A stretch of 64,000 nucleotides of DNA from the human T2T-CHM13v2.0 reference genome, Homo sapiens, in the NCBI RefSeq assembly GCF_009914755.1, contig NC_060931.1; one strand, 5' to 3'. A program made the position numbers and the translations under genes. The notes below the pieces were generated by a model that worked only from the letters and a program-made list of their open reading frames with translations, did no database searches and was not told the origin of the DNA. Positions 51,077 through 64,000 of the stretch are shown in pieces (position 1 is the first letter of the stretch; the number at the start of each line of letters is the position of its first letter).

Positions 51077-51626
51077 GCATTAAATTCAGACTTCCCATTT
51101 AAATATTTTCTGCAGTGATAAATTTCAGAGCAAAAGGTTGACTTGAAATTTGATAAAGAACATTTTATTTTCTTAATGATCTGAGTGCTAATATAACTAA
51201 TAATGCATTATTTTATTGCACACAATGTATGGTGATTTTCAATTTCATTATAATGTTTCAGCAGGTTTAAACAGACGCATATAAGATGGCTTTTATATTT
51301 TATCGATTTCACAATGACAAGAAGATATTCTCTTTAAGTAATCTTAAGAAAACTATGAAAAGTAAAACTTATGAAAAGTAAAAAACTAATTTCTGAAAGA
51401 TGCAGAAAGGAGATATAATTCCTAATAGACTTTTTATCAAAACATTTTTCATATCTAGTATATTGTAATTGCTTATAGTTGTTCTTTGTACATCTGCATA
51501 TTTAATATGGTCCAAACTTAGGAAAAATAGACTATTCAAGGGGAAAAACATAAATTCTCTAATAGAAAATGATATACAGTTCTACTGAATTATCTGATAT
51601 GGTCCTCTTCTTAGCCAGATTTTAGC
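51077..51626 (-). repeat. Right arm of the 550-bp inverted duplication
   Basis: Reverse complement of 50059-50608. Confidence 0.98.
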
Positions 51627-51758
51627 TCAATATCACTGATCATTAAGGAAATGCAAATCAAAACCACAATGATACTGTCTCACACCTGTCAGAATGGCTA
51701 CTATAAAAAGTCAAAAAATAGCAGATGCTGACAAGATTGCGGAGACAAGGGAACTCTT
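51625..51758 (+). mobile_element. L1 ORF2 C-terminal fragment (sense)
   Basis: gctcaatatcactgatcattaaggaaatgcaaatcaaaaccacaatg...gtcagaatggctactat. Confidence 0.9.
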
Positions 51759-51809
51759 CCCTGTAATAGGCAGCACCATCATTAAATCATTTCTTTAGAA
51801 AACAAAAAT

Positions 51810-52243
<434 letters not shown>

Positions 52244-52730
52244 GTAAACCACTTTTTAAAAAATAATGAGCCCTTTCCATATATTCTAATTGTGAATCTT
52301 GATCATAATTATATTATGCCCAGCTTATGTTTTACAAAGTGTTAAAATAAGCTCTGCATGAGTTCATTGTAAAAAAAAAAAAAGTGCAGATTTGTATTTA
52401 CCCCATGCATATCTTTGTACACTTTCTGCTCATTACTACGATCCTACCCAGTCTCCACAAACACACACAGATGTGGCTTTGATATTAAGTTTTACATTTG
52501 CTTATATATGTATATTCTTTAAAAAACACAGGAATGTATATATATATCTGAGAATTGCTATTTCAAAAATATATGTATTACTGAAAATTTCAGTGCTAGT
52601 AATACATATTGTCACTTTTTTACTGGCTCTATAGTTGCAGTTATATAAATCTATTATATTTTACTTTAATATGTTCCTATAGATGGACATCATTATGCCC
52701 AAATGATAATTTTAAAAATTTAGTTTTATG

Positions 52731-53058
<328 letters not shown>

Positions 53059-53377
53059 TTATCATCACCAATGATTTACGTATTTATGATACTTTTACAG
53101 TTGGTCTTCTATGTTTACAGACACCGTATCCATAATTTAGCTCTGAAAGATGATTAATGCCAGAAACTGTAGAGCAATTAACACACCTGAAACATTTTAT
53201 CACAAGTAGAAAAAAAAGACTGATTGCCTATCAGACAATATTGAAAAATTGATATTTTTATTACTATAACTGTTTGAATGTTTTACAATGAAAAAATTTC
53301 ATTATTTTGATCATGCTACTCTGTTTTACTTAAGCATTTTAGTATTTTAAAGAGGTAGGATTGTAATCCCTGACCCT

Positions 53378-54658
53378 GTTTTTTGTTTTTCGTTTTGTTT
53401 TGTTTTGTTTTTTTAACTTCAACTTTTGTTTTAAAGTCACAAGACACTTACCCGTTTGTTACATAGATATATTGCGTAAAGCTGAGGTTTGGGTTACAAT
53501 TGATTGCATCACCCAGGTAGTGAGCATAATGCCTAATAGTTGTTCAGCCCTTGCCCTCTTCCTCTCTCCTGCCTCAAGTAGTCCCCAGTGTCTGTTGTTC
53601 CCATCTTTATGCTCCTGTGTGCTCATTGTTTAACTCCCACTTATTAGTGAGAATGTGTAGTATTTGGTTTCCTGTTCCTGAATTTTGCTTAGGGTAATAG
53701 TCTCCAGTTGAATCCATGTTGCTGCAAAGGATATGGTTTCATTCTTTTTTATGACTACATAGTATTCTTCCATGGTGTATATATACCATATTTTCTTTAT
53801 CCAGTCCACCACTGATGGGCACCGAGGTTGATTCCATGTTTTTGTTATTGTGAATTGTGCTGTAATGAACATAGGAGTACATGTGTCTTTCTGGTAGAAT
53901 GGCTTATTTTGGGGGAGGGGTATATATCCAGTAATGAGATTGCTGGGTCCAAGGAACTCTATTTTGAGTTACTTGAGAGATCTCCATAACGATGGCTAAA
54001 TTAATTTACATTCCCACCAACAGTAGATAAGCATTCCCTTTTCTTTGCAGCCTTATCAACGTCTGTTATTTTTTGACTTTTTAATAATTGCCATTCTGAC
54101 TAGCATGAGTTAGTGTTTCATTGTGGTTTTAATTTACATTTCTCTGATGATTAGTGATGATGAGCATTTTTTTCATGTTTGTGATGTTTGTTGGCCATTT
54201 GTATGTCTTCTTTTGAGAAGTGTCTTTTCATGCCCTTTGCCCACTTTTTGATGGGTTCTTGTTTTGTTTAAGTTCCTTGTAGATTCTGGATATTAGACAT
54301 ATGCCACTTGCATAGTTGGGGAATATTTACTGCCATTCTGTAAGTTACCTGTTTACTCAGTTGATAGTTTCTTTTGCTGTGCAGAAGTTTTTGAATTTAA
54401 TTAAGTCTCACTTGTCGATTTTTATTTTTGTTGCAATTCCATTTGAAGACAGTCATAAATTCTTTCCCAGGGCCAATGTTCAGAAAAGTGTTTCCTAGCT
54501 TTTCTTCTAGGATTTTTATAATTTGAGGTCTGACATTTACATCTTTCATCCTTCTTCAGTTAATTTTTGTATATTGTGAGAGATAGGGGTCTAGTTTCAT
54601 TCTTCTACATGTGGCTAGCCAGGTAACCCAGCATCACTTATTGAACAAGGAGTCCTTT
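53378..54658 (-). mobile_element. Older primate L1 3' end (L1PA15-L1PB type)
   Basis: (GTTTT)n tail, 3'UTR and ORF2 C-terminus on the minus strand. Confidence 0.9.
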
Positions 54659-54944
54659 AACAAAATTGGAAAATAAAATTATATTGACAATAAGTTATTT
54701 CATAATACATTTTTGAATTAGGAGTAATTTTAGAAATTTACGTGAAGACAGTAGATATCTATAATTTTTATAGAACACATCATAATAACACCTTCACATA
54801 AGTCCAAAGGTACTCTTCAGAAATAATGACTATATTTCTCTGAACTATTTTTAGTATTAGCTCTTCAATTTTAACTTTGAATTTTAAAATTATTTGTATG
54901 TATGATATTAAGTAAAGTGTTCAAACAATTTTTTAATGAATAAA

Positions 54945-55195
54945 TCTCCTGTAAGTATTTGTTTGCAGGTTTTTACATAGACAGGAGTTTGCATATCAAT
55001 TGAGTACATGCCTAGGAGCATGAGAGCTGGTATTGCATGGTAAGACCATGTTCAGCTTTGTAAATTGCCAAAATGTCTTCCAAAGTGGCTGTACCATTTG
55101 CCTTCTCACTATCCATGAATGAGAGTTCTTGTTGCTCCACATTTTTACCAGTAATTGATATTGTCAGGTTGGATTTTAGTCATTCTAATAGGAGT
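54945..55195 (-). mobile_element. L1M fragment
   Basis: tcttccaaagtggctgtaccatttgccttctcactatccatgaatgagagttcttgttgctccacat. Confidence 0.7.
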
Positions 55196-56366
55196 TTGGT
55201 AGATTTCTGTGCAGTTTTACCACATAGGATGTTTAAGCATTTTATTGTTTAGTTGCTTTTTTTCCCAAAATTTTATTAATGGAACCACGTTTTATGGTGA
55301 CATTTTGCTTAAAAATGTTTTGCTGAGTTATTGGTGGATACATATAACTGCATGTTCTTAATTTTCAGTTCTGTATATTATCCCACTGTATAAAATGTAA
55401 CACAATTTATTCATTTTATTATAAATAACATTTGAGTTGATTCCAATTTTTCACTTATTCATAACACATTTATAGTATTTATCATACAAATCATGCATAT
55501 GTTAGATTTATTCCTAGATAACAGTGATCTTCTGTGGTCACTGTAAATAGTGCCTTGTTTAACTTTTTTCAGTTCTCATCAACTGACATACGTATTTATC
55601 TGTTTTGTTTTGTTTTGTTTTGTTTTATCCTCCTCAATAGAATATAGGCTTTTTGAAAACAGCGTTAATTGTTTGTGTTGTTTACTGATATACCCCTACC
55701 ACACACAACAGTGCATGACATGTAAGAGACCCTCAATAAATATTTAAGTTAATGAATGATATAGAAACATAATTGAGTTTTCCATGTTATCCTTATATAT
55801 TATGACCTTGATAATGATCGTTAATTCTATCCTTATGCACTGATTGTAGATACATCTATTTTTGCTTTAAGTGTGTTGAGACTATATTTGTAGGGTATAC
55901 ACTTTTGGTATTGCTCTCTCTTTCTAGTGAATGGAAATTTTAATCACTATGTATTTATTTCTAACAAATATTTTAATTAAAGTCTATTTTGTCCAATAAT
56001 AATAGCTATATCCATTTTTATTTTGTTTGCCTTTTATATAATTTTCTACCCTATTATTCAAACCTTACATGTCCTTATGCATTATATGTCTATTAGACTA
56101 TCATGTAATTCACTGTAATCCAATCTGATAATCTCTTTAACTTGAAGTATTTATTGCCTTTACCTCGTTTGAATTATAAATTTGAGAACAATTCTATTAT
56201 TTTATTTTTTACATTATATTTGTCCTGACTTTTCTAAGTAGATTTTTTTTTTTTAACTTTTAGCCTTTCTTTGGCTAGTTGAGGCTTTAATTCCCCTTTT
56301 TATTTTATTTCTTTCTCTCTACTAGTCTTTGTTTTGTTTTGTTTTGTTTTTTGAATTTTGATGTTT

Positions 56367-56571
56367 CTTTTTTTTATACTTTAATTTCTAGGGTACATGT
56401 GCACAACGTGCAGGTTTGTTACATATGTATACATGTGCCATGTTGGTGTGCTTCACCCATTAACTCATCATTTACATTAGGTATATGCTATCCCTCCCCT
56501 ACCCCACGACAGGCCCTGGTGTGTGATGTTCCCCTTCCTGTGTCCAAGTGTTCTCATTGTTCAATTCCCAC
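56367..56571 (-). mobile_element. Short 5'-truncated L1PA 3' end nested in an old antisense L1M region (about 55750-57400)
   Basis: ttatactttaatttctagggtacatgtgcacaacgtgcaggtttgttac...ttctcattgttcaattcccac. Confidence 0.9.
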
Positions 56572-58041
56572 AAATCATTTTCTGTTTTCAGTGTTTACCC
56601 CAAATATTTTCATGTGCAAATTTAACATATAAAAGCCTAAAGTTATACAATATTTTTACCATCTTTCTTCTAAACCAAAGATCCTTAGCATGTGTTACCT
56701 CCAGCCACCCTACTGTTAACATAAATGCCTTTACTGTCCAGAAATATATTTAAATATATTAATTTTGATGCTACAAATTAGATATTGTTGTTTAATACAG
56801 TAAGTGTGTATTTAGATCTACATTTATTTTCTAATTTGTATGATCTCTGTTATTTCCAGCATCATAGGCCTTCCTTCTCAGATATTTTTCTTTATTCTTG
56901 AAGTATAGAAGTTATGTGGTGCTTTAGGGAGTATTTGTTTTTTGGGTTTGTTTATGAAGGGTTTGTGTCTATCTGTAGATATCTTAATTTCCACTCTAAC
57001 TTGTAGAAAATAGTTTTTTTGGGGAGTATCTTTCTAGCTTTATAAACAAGTTTTTTCCTTCTCTCCTATGTCTCTGGCTTCCATTATTCTTGAAAAGTCA
57101 TTGTCATTTTAAGTGTCAGTTTTTTGTATAGAGTATCTTTTCTCTTTGACTTCTTCTGTAAGTTCTATAGTTTCACTACCATTTGCCTCATTGCAGACTT
57201 CTAAAAAAATGTATCCTTGTTGTTCTTTGAGATTCCTAAAAAGGCAAATTCACATCATTAATCAATTCTGGAAAAGTCCTAGCCATTACTTTCTTTCAAT
57301 ATCAACTTCTCCCTCTCATCTCCCTCCAAAATGTTTTTTCTTTCTCCTGTTTTTGTTAAACTTTGTACCTTTCATCTCCTGGTCACTTCGTTCCTGGAAA
57401 CACACATTAGTGGGAACACTAATTTGGGATCAATTAAAAGACAATTTCAGATTTGAAATTTCAGATTTCAGTTCAGGTATTTTGAATTATATTGGTATTG
57501 TTAGTTATAACTCTAAACTTGTTTAAATGTTGAATTATGGTCAGAAGTTCTTAGAGGAAACTTTTTGATTCTTCTCCCATTGTCTTCCTATCAGAGTAAT
57601 TTTTTAAACTTAGTTTATTTGCAGAGTGTGTTGCCTTTTGTGGGGGCTTGTATGGGGTTTTAATGTGGGTTTTAAATTTAACCTATTTGCTGAGGTTCCA
57701 GATTTTGCTTCTTATCCCTCAAGCACTTTGGTCATTATATCCTAAATCTAGGTCAACAGCTATCAAAAGATACCTCCAGGGTAAATGCCACTTTCAGCAT
57801 TTGATATGGTAAGCACATATGGATTACTATTTTATTATAGTTTCTGACCTCCAAGGAATATAGTTGCTTTCTCACCACCTAAGCAAGTATTTAAAAAGGC
57901 ATTTCAAAAATATGTCATCTACCATTTTTGGGACATACTTATCTGAACATCTATCATCCGTATTGCTTTATTACACAGATTTAAAATTTTATTATTGAAA
58001 TATGAACCCATTATTTATATAAACCCTTTAAAATTATTTTA

Positions 58042-58734
58042 AAAATATTGATGTATGTATTTAATAAATACATACCCTGCCTGTCTCCTTTAAGATTTCA
58101 AAAAAATACTATATATAAACTATAGCATTATCAAAGTATGGATAAAATATCAAAAACCATACAGTAGAAAGTAAATTATACTAAAGCTTATGCAAATAAT
58201 ACTTATTAAAATAGAGTGTTGAACTTAATAGATTTGACTTAAAAGTGTGGCTGCCAAAGGTAATAGGCATAAGGAAACTTAATAAGGAAAAACACTCAGA
58301 TACCAACACTTCCCAGCATTTAGCTTGAAAAGCTGTGTGTCACAATGTGAAGCGACATTTTGAAAGATATAATAGACAATAGCTTCCAATAACTTTATAA
58401 AACAGAGGAAACAGTAATTACATGGCTATTTTTAACTTTTATTCTCAATGTCCATCAGATAATTTGAAATTAACATTCATTGGGGACATTATTACAAGTT
58501 AACTTAATGTGGAAAAAGGATGAAGCATTCTGATGATTTTCTTTAAAATAAGGAAACATCATGGAAAATTAGATAAATTTATTATTAGCATGTATCTGAA
58601 ATAAATAATACCACCCAGTCTATTCTCCAAAATATTAAGATATATGTATTTAATAAATACATACCCTGCTTGTCTCCTTTAAGTTTTCAAAAATACTGTA
58701 TATAAACTATAGCATTATCAAAGTATGGATAAAA
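58042..58734 (+). repeat. Dispersed direct duplication of about 100 bp (58042-58147 and 58629-58734)
   Basis: tatgtatttaataaatacataccctgc...tatagcattatcaaagtatggataaaa present twice with a few differences. Confidence 0.95.
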
Positions 58735-58817
58735 CACTCTTTATAAGTGTTGGAAAATAGTTAATTTTAGATTAAACATTACAGTGAATTTCTCAGTTGT
58801 GGGCTTCAATGAGTTAA

Positions 58818-59131
<314 letters not shown>

Positions 59132-59199
59132 CAATCATACGCTATTAATAGCATATTTTAGATTGAAAATCCTAAGAAAAACCATCAGATAACAATTTT

Positions 59200-61030
59200 A
59201 TTTATCAAAGAATGGAGGCAACCAAGATATCCTTCATTAGGTAAATGGATAAACAAACTTTGGTAAATCCATATGATAAAATACTATTCAATGATAAAAA
59301 GAAATGAGCTGTGAAGCCTCAAAAAGACATGAAGGAAACTTAAATGCTATTGCTACAGGAAGGAAGCCAGTCTAAATAGGCTATATACTGCATTATTTTG
59401 ATGATATAATATTCTAGAAAAGATGCAATTATGAAGATAAAAATAGATCAGAGGTTTGGGGAGGGGGGTGGTTAAATATATGAAACACTGGGGATTTTTT
59501 AGGGTAGTTAAACTATCCTGTATAATATTGAGCTGGAGGATACTTGACCCTATGCATTTTTAAAAACTTCTAGAACTCTATAACACAAATGGTGAACATT
59601 AATGTATACACTTTAAGAAGTCAGGGTATACCTAATAAAGTGCAAAATGACAAAAACTATTAAAATGTATAAAACAATCTCACTGATGGGGGTATAGATT
59701 TTTTTATTTTGTTTTGCTTTTCTTTTTAAACTGACCTAAGTAATTTTGGAAATGAAGGGAGATTGTCAAGAGTAAAGCCAAAAGAAACTGTATATAACTA
59801 CTAGGTTCTAGTTGACAATGTTGGTTCTCACATTAGAAATTTAACAATTATGAAATCACTATACTTGTACATGGAAGTGGAACAAATAAGTAAATGGGTG
59901 GCAGATGGTAGAAGCGAAGCTTCTCACTGTTAAAGTGGGAAGTTACATATAAGCAAGGAGGAAGGCTAGAATAAACCTTGCCATACTGGATTAGAGTTGG
60001 ATGGATCAATATGACTTCATGTTTAGCTTAATTAGATACTGATAGATATACCTAGCAATATTTATAGGTATGTGCTAGTATGCATGTGAGTTAGTGTTCA
60101 TGCATGTATTTCCTAACACTGTCCCTTCAGAGGGCCTAGAAGCGATGATACCCCATTAGCAATGAGCACATCCAGCACCAAGATCTTGGTTTCTAATACC
60201 ATCCTCCAACGAAAGAAACCAGCACTCCTTAGTGAAATGCATGGTTATGGGACTAGGACAGGGTATACACAAGATGAGACTATCCTGTCTTGTCTTGTGG
60301 TACCAGAAAGTAAGGATGTGCTCAGTAAAGAAAACTATGAAGGTTTGTCCAAAGGACACGGAAGACAACTGAAAGAGCTCCGAATATTCAAAGCTGGAAC
60401 AAGTTGTGCAACAGAATAAACTGTATTGGATTATAACCAAAAGTGTAAAATAAATATCTATGAGTTTGTACTTATATAAATACATTATTGAATAATTAAA
60501 CAGGTGGGGGAAATAGACAAGTTTTCATGCAGAAGAACACCAAATAAATTATGTAGACACTGTTCCATCAAGATGTTGGATTATAACTCCTTACTGCTTA
60601 TGTGCAGACTACACACTTTGATTTAATTTCAAAGAGTAGAGTAATGGACTGGGGGAGAGATAGTAATTGTACGTTGGAGAAATCTGACAAGCACTACCTT
60701 AGGCAGGTGATTAGTGATAAGTCATGTTACCTTTAATATGATGTGCTGAGAATGATTATCTCTCTGGTTTTTGTCTCCAAAATCCACTACCCTAGTGTAA
60801 CCATGTGAAAAACTTCTGAAGAAATCCAAATGAAGCATAGAGTTTAGTTCATGGTAATTTATCAAGATGGATTCATTAGCTGTTTCAAATATATCATACT
60901 AATATAAGATGCCAGTAATATGGAAAAATGGGTGAGAAGTACAAAGGAACTCATTGTACTGCCTCTGGAACTGTTTTGTGAATGTAAACTATTCTAAAAT
61001 GGAAGGCTCATTTGCATAGAAAATAAAAGG
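59200..61030 (+). mobile_element. L1MC/MD-type 3' region
   Basis: caaccaagatatccttcattaggtaaatggataaacaaac...gagcacatccagcaccaagatcttggtttctaatacc...aatgtaaactattctaaaat. Confidence 0.8.
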
Positions 61031-61702
61031 AATAATGAAACTAAAATTTGGGATATTGATTACTTCTGGCAGGGGAGGGAAAGAAATAAGGCACATGGAG
61101 GCTTCAAAAAGATTATCAATAGTTCATAAAGTGGGTGATGTTTACATTTTTATTTTTTATTTTTATATTCATGTATACTTCATGTATGATTTTGTATGTT
61201 GATATGCCAATTATTTATAAAGTAACAGTCGCCTAAAGAATACGTGATACAGAAATGGAAGAAATTCTAAGAGATAAGTTTATCAGAGAGGTTTCTCTGG
61301 GAGGTAATACTTAATCATTTGGCCAAATAAATAATTGGAATGCTAAAGCTATAATTGATTTGGAATTGAAGATGGAGTATGACATTGCAATTATGTGTTA
61401 TGCCCAGTGCCTTTGTAAGAGGAAAGATAGAAAGGTTGTCTTTCAGAAGTGAGAAATTTATTTGGCAGGGCATTTGAAAGGGTATGCTTTGAGAATTATG
61501 CATGTTAATTTTTCTCATAAAAGTGAATAATAATGCTCATAGTGATAATAATAGCTATAATTCATGCCTATTATGAGTTAATCACAAGTTGACTGCCTTC
61601 CAATTCTTCTCAAAGGCTGTGCATGGATAATTGATAATCAAGAGAGATGTTCGATAAACTTATTGCCTGTTGTTGATATTATTACTCTTACTGTACATAA
61701 AC

Positions 61703-62190
61703 TGCGATAGACTGACTGATGCCACCACTAAAGATATCCATGCATTAACCCCCAGAACCTGTGCATGTGTTACCTTACGTAGCATAAGGAACTTTGCAGA
61801 GAGGCTTAAGTTAAGGATCTTAAAATGGGGAGATCATCCTGGATTATCTAAGTAGGCCCAAATAATCAAATGGGTTCTTGTAAGAGGGATGCAGAGGGAA
61901 TGGGAAAAGATGTCACAGATGTCTTTGGCAAAAGATGTCACAGTGGAACCAGAGGTTGAAGTAATACGCCTTAAAGACCATGGAAGGGGCTCAAATGCAG
62001 GCATGTGGGTGGCTTCTACAGGCTGGAAAAGACAAGGTAACAAATTCTCTCCTAAAGTCTCCAGAAGGAATGCAGTCTTGCTGACACCTTAATTTTGGAC
62101 TTCTGAATTCCAGAAATGTAGGGGATTAAATATGTGCTGTTTCATACCACTAACTGGTAATTTGTTACCCTACAATAGGAAACTAATACA
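61703..62190 (+). mobile_element. MLT1C/D (MaLR) solo LTR
   Basis: tg...aaagatatccatgcattaacccccagaacctgtg...ggggagatcatcctggattatc...ggaaactaataca. Confidence 0.88.
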
Positions 62191-62637
62191 TTATGTCATG
62201 AAACCTCACCAGAACTCTATAGATTGGAACTCGGATTCCTCAATTTACAGATAAAGAATCAGAGTCTCAGCTAAATTAAGGAATGTATTTGTATTCAGCT
62301 TCTCTTCTCTGTTGAGTGGCAAAGCTGAGATTTAAATCAAAGTCTCTCTTCCTCTGAAGCCTATACCCTTTCAGCTCTAATACTGCCAGATTAGTGCAGT
62401 GGTCCTGGAGTTAAGCTGTCTCTATTGGAATCCTACTTTACTACTTGCTGGGTGAAGTTAGTTAACAGCTTGGGGGAAGAATAGTACTTTTTTTTTTTTT
62501 TGCGTCAGATTCATGATAAAATGAATAACAGTACTTAACCTGCATTATTGTCAAAACAATCTAAGTATTTAGCAGCATACCTTCATATCTACTGAAATAG
62601 CCTGAAGGTCTTTTAAACCAGAAATGTCCAAAATTGA

Positions 62638-63005
<368 letters not shown>

Positions 63006-64000
63006 AGTTCTCCATTCTTATGGCTTCATCATCTTACATTCTCTGCATCTCGTCTTCTCTTCTGACCTCCTACTAGATACTTTGTTATCCATGACGCCCC
63101 CTTCTGCTGCACACACATGCTAGAAATCTAATTGTTCACATGTGAAATTCTTCACTTGGAATCCAAATATAGTTATCATGTCTCATTTATATGGTCACAC
63201 CTCTCCCCCGCTTCTCTCTCCCACAGTCTAGAGGACCCTCCCGCTGTTATTAACAGTATTTTCAACATCTCAGTCTTTACCTTCCCCTTGATATTGTCGA
63301 AGATAATTTTCTTCAAGAGGATTCAATTTACTTTTGCTTTCAAATGCTAGATGCCTCACTGCCCTTTATGTTGGTGCTGAAGAGAGGCCTGGTGCTTGTT
63401 TGCTCTGCAGTGATGCTATTACTGGTTTAGTCCCAACACAGGTCACACGTGCCTCTGGGCTCCTGCTTCAGGGTGATAGCTTCACTGGTTCACATCATCA
63501 TGCTCAGCCATTGTTTCCTAGAACTGCACACAAAAGACAGAGCGGTGGGTCCTGAATGGTCACAGTCTTAACCCTTGTCTCTTCTAGAGCCAATCAGAGC
63601 CAACCCTTAAGTTCCAGTTCTGAGTCTAAGAAACAATGCAGGTACACATCCCCATCCCCAATTTTTGGTGAGTTCCATTTTAGAGCCCTTTCCTTTCTTT
63701 AGATTCCATTCTGGTCCACAGTGCCAGAGCTTCTGATATTTGATCAGTGTAAAATAGATCAACACTTCATTCCTAAGATGTTCAAGGTTGTATTCAGAGA
63801 AATTCCGCATTCTTTATATATGATATCTTCAACAATTTTTTTTCTTACACTTCTTATGCACACCAAGAGATATTCAAGAAGAGTAGCTAAAATAAGCCAA
63901 ATAAATGATCCTATCAAAACTTTCTGGGGACGGTGGTTACCTAGTCACCTTATACAAAATCCCATAAAAAAAATCTGCTCTAAGGTTACATACATTTCCA

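Noticed and set aside
50059-51626. Inverted arms as TIRs of a foldback or DNA transposon
   Set aside because: There is no TSD or transposase, the spacer is ordinary genomic DNA with an old L1 fragment, and the junctions are explained by local template switching

Overview
AT-rich primate non-coding DNA, almost certainly human because it contains an AluYg6 that matches the subfamily consensus as I recall it. It is intronic or intergenic and dominated by transposon remains: 13 Alu copies, two young 5'-inverted (twin-primed) L1PA insertions of about 3.2 and 3.6 kb, older L1 fragments, MaLR/ERVL LTRs, hAT DNA transposons (Charlie1, MER20, MER5), MIR/L2 and microsatellites. I found no recognisable host protein-coding exon; the long ORFs are L1 ORF2 debris or repeat translations. 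I see no new multi-gene biological system. The most interesting signals are structural. (1) A near-perfect 550-bp inverted duplication of unique DNA (50059-50608 / 51077-51626) sits in a complex rearrangement that can be rebuilt as serial template switching. (2) The two young L1s, 17.9 kb apart, share a block of private variants that suggests gene conversion. (3) A 62-bp tract with a private variant is shared by two old L1 fragments. (4) Retrotransposon target sites are nested or re-used. (5) There are weak candidates for a minus-strand non-coding transcript. All repeat-family names come from my recall of consensus sequences, not from a database search.
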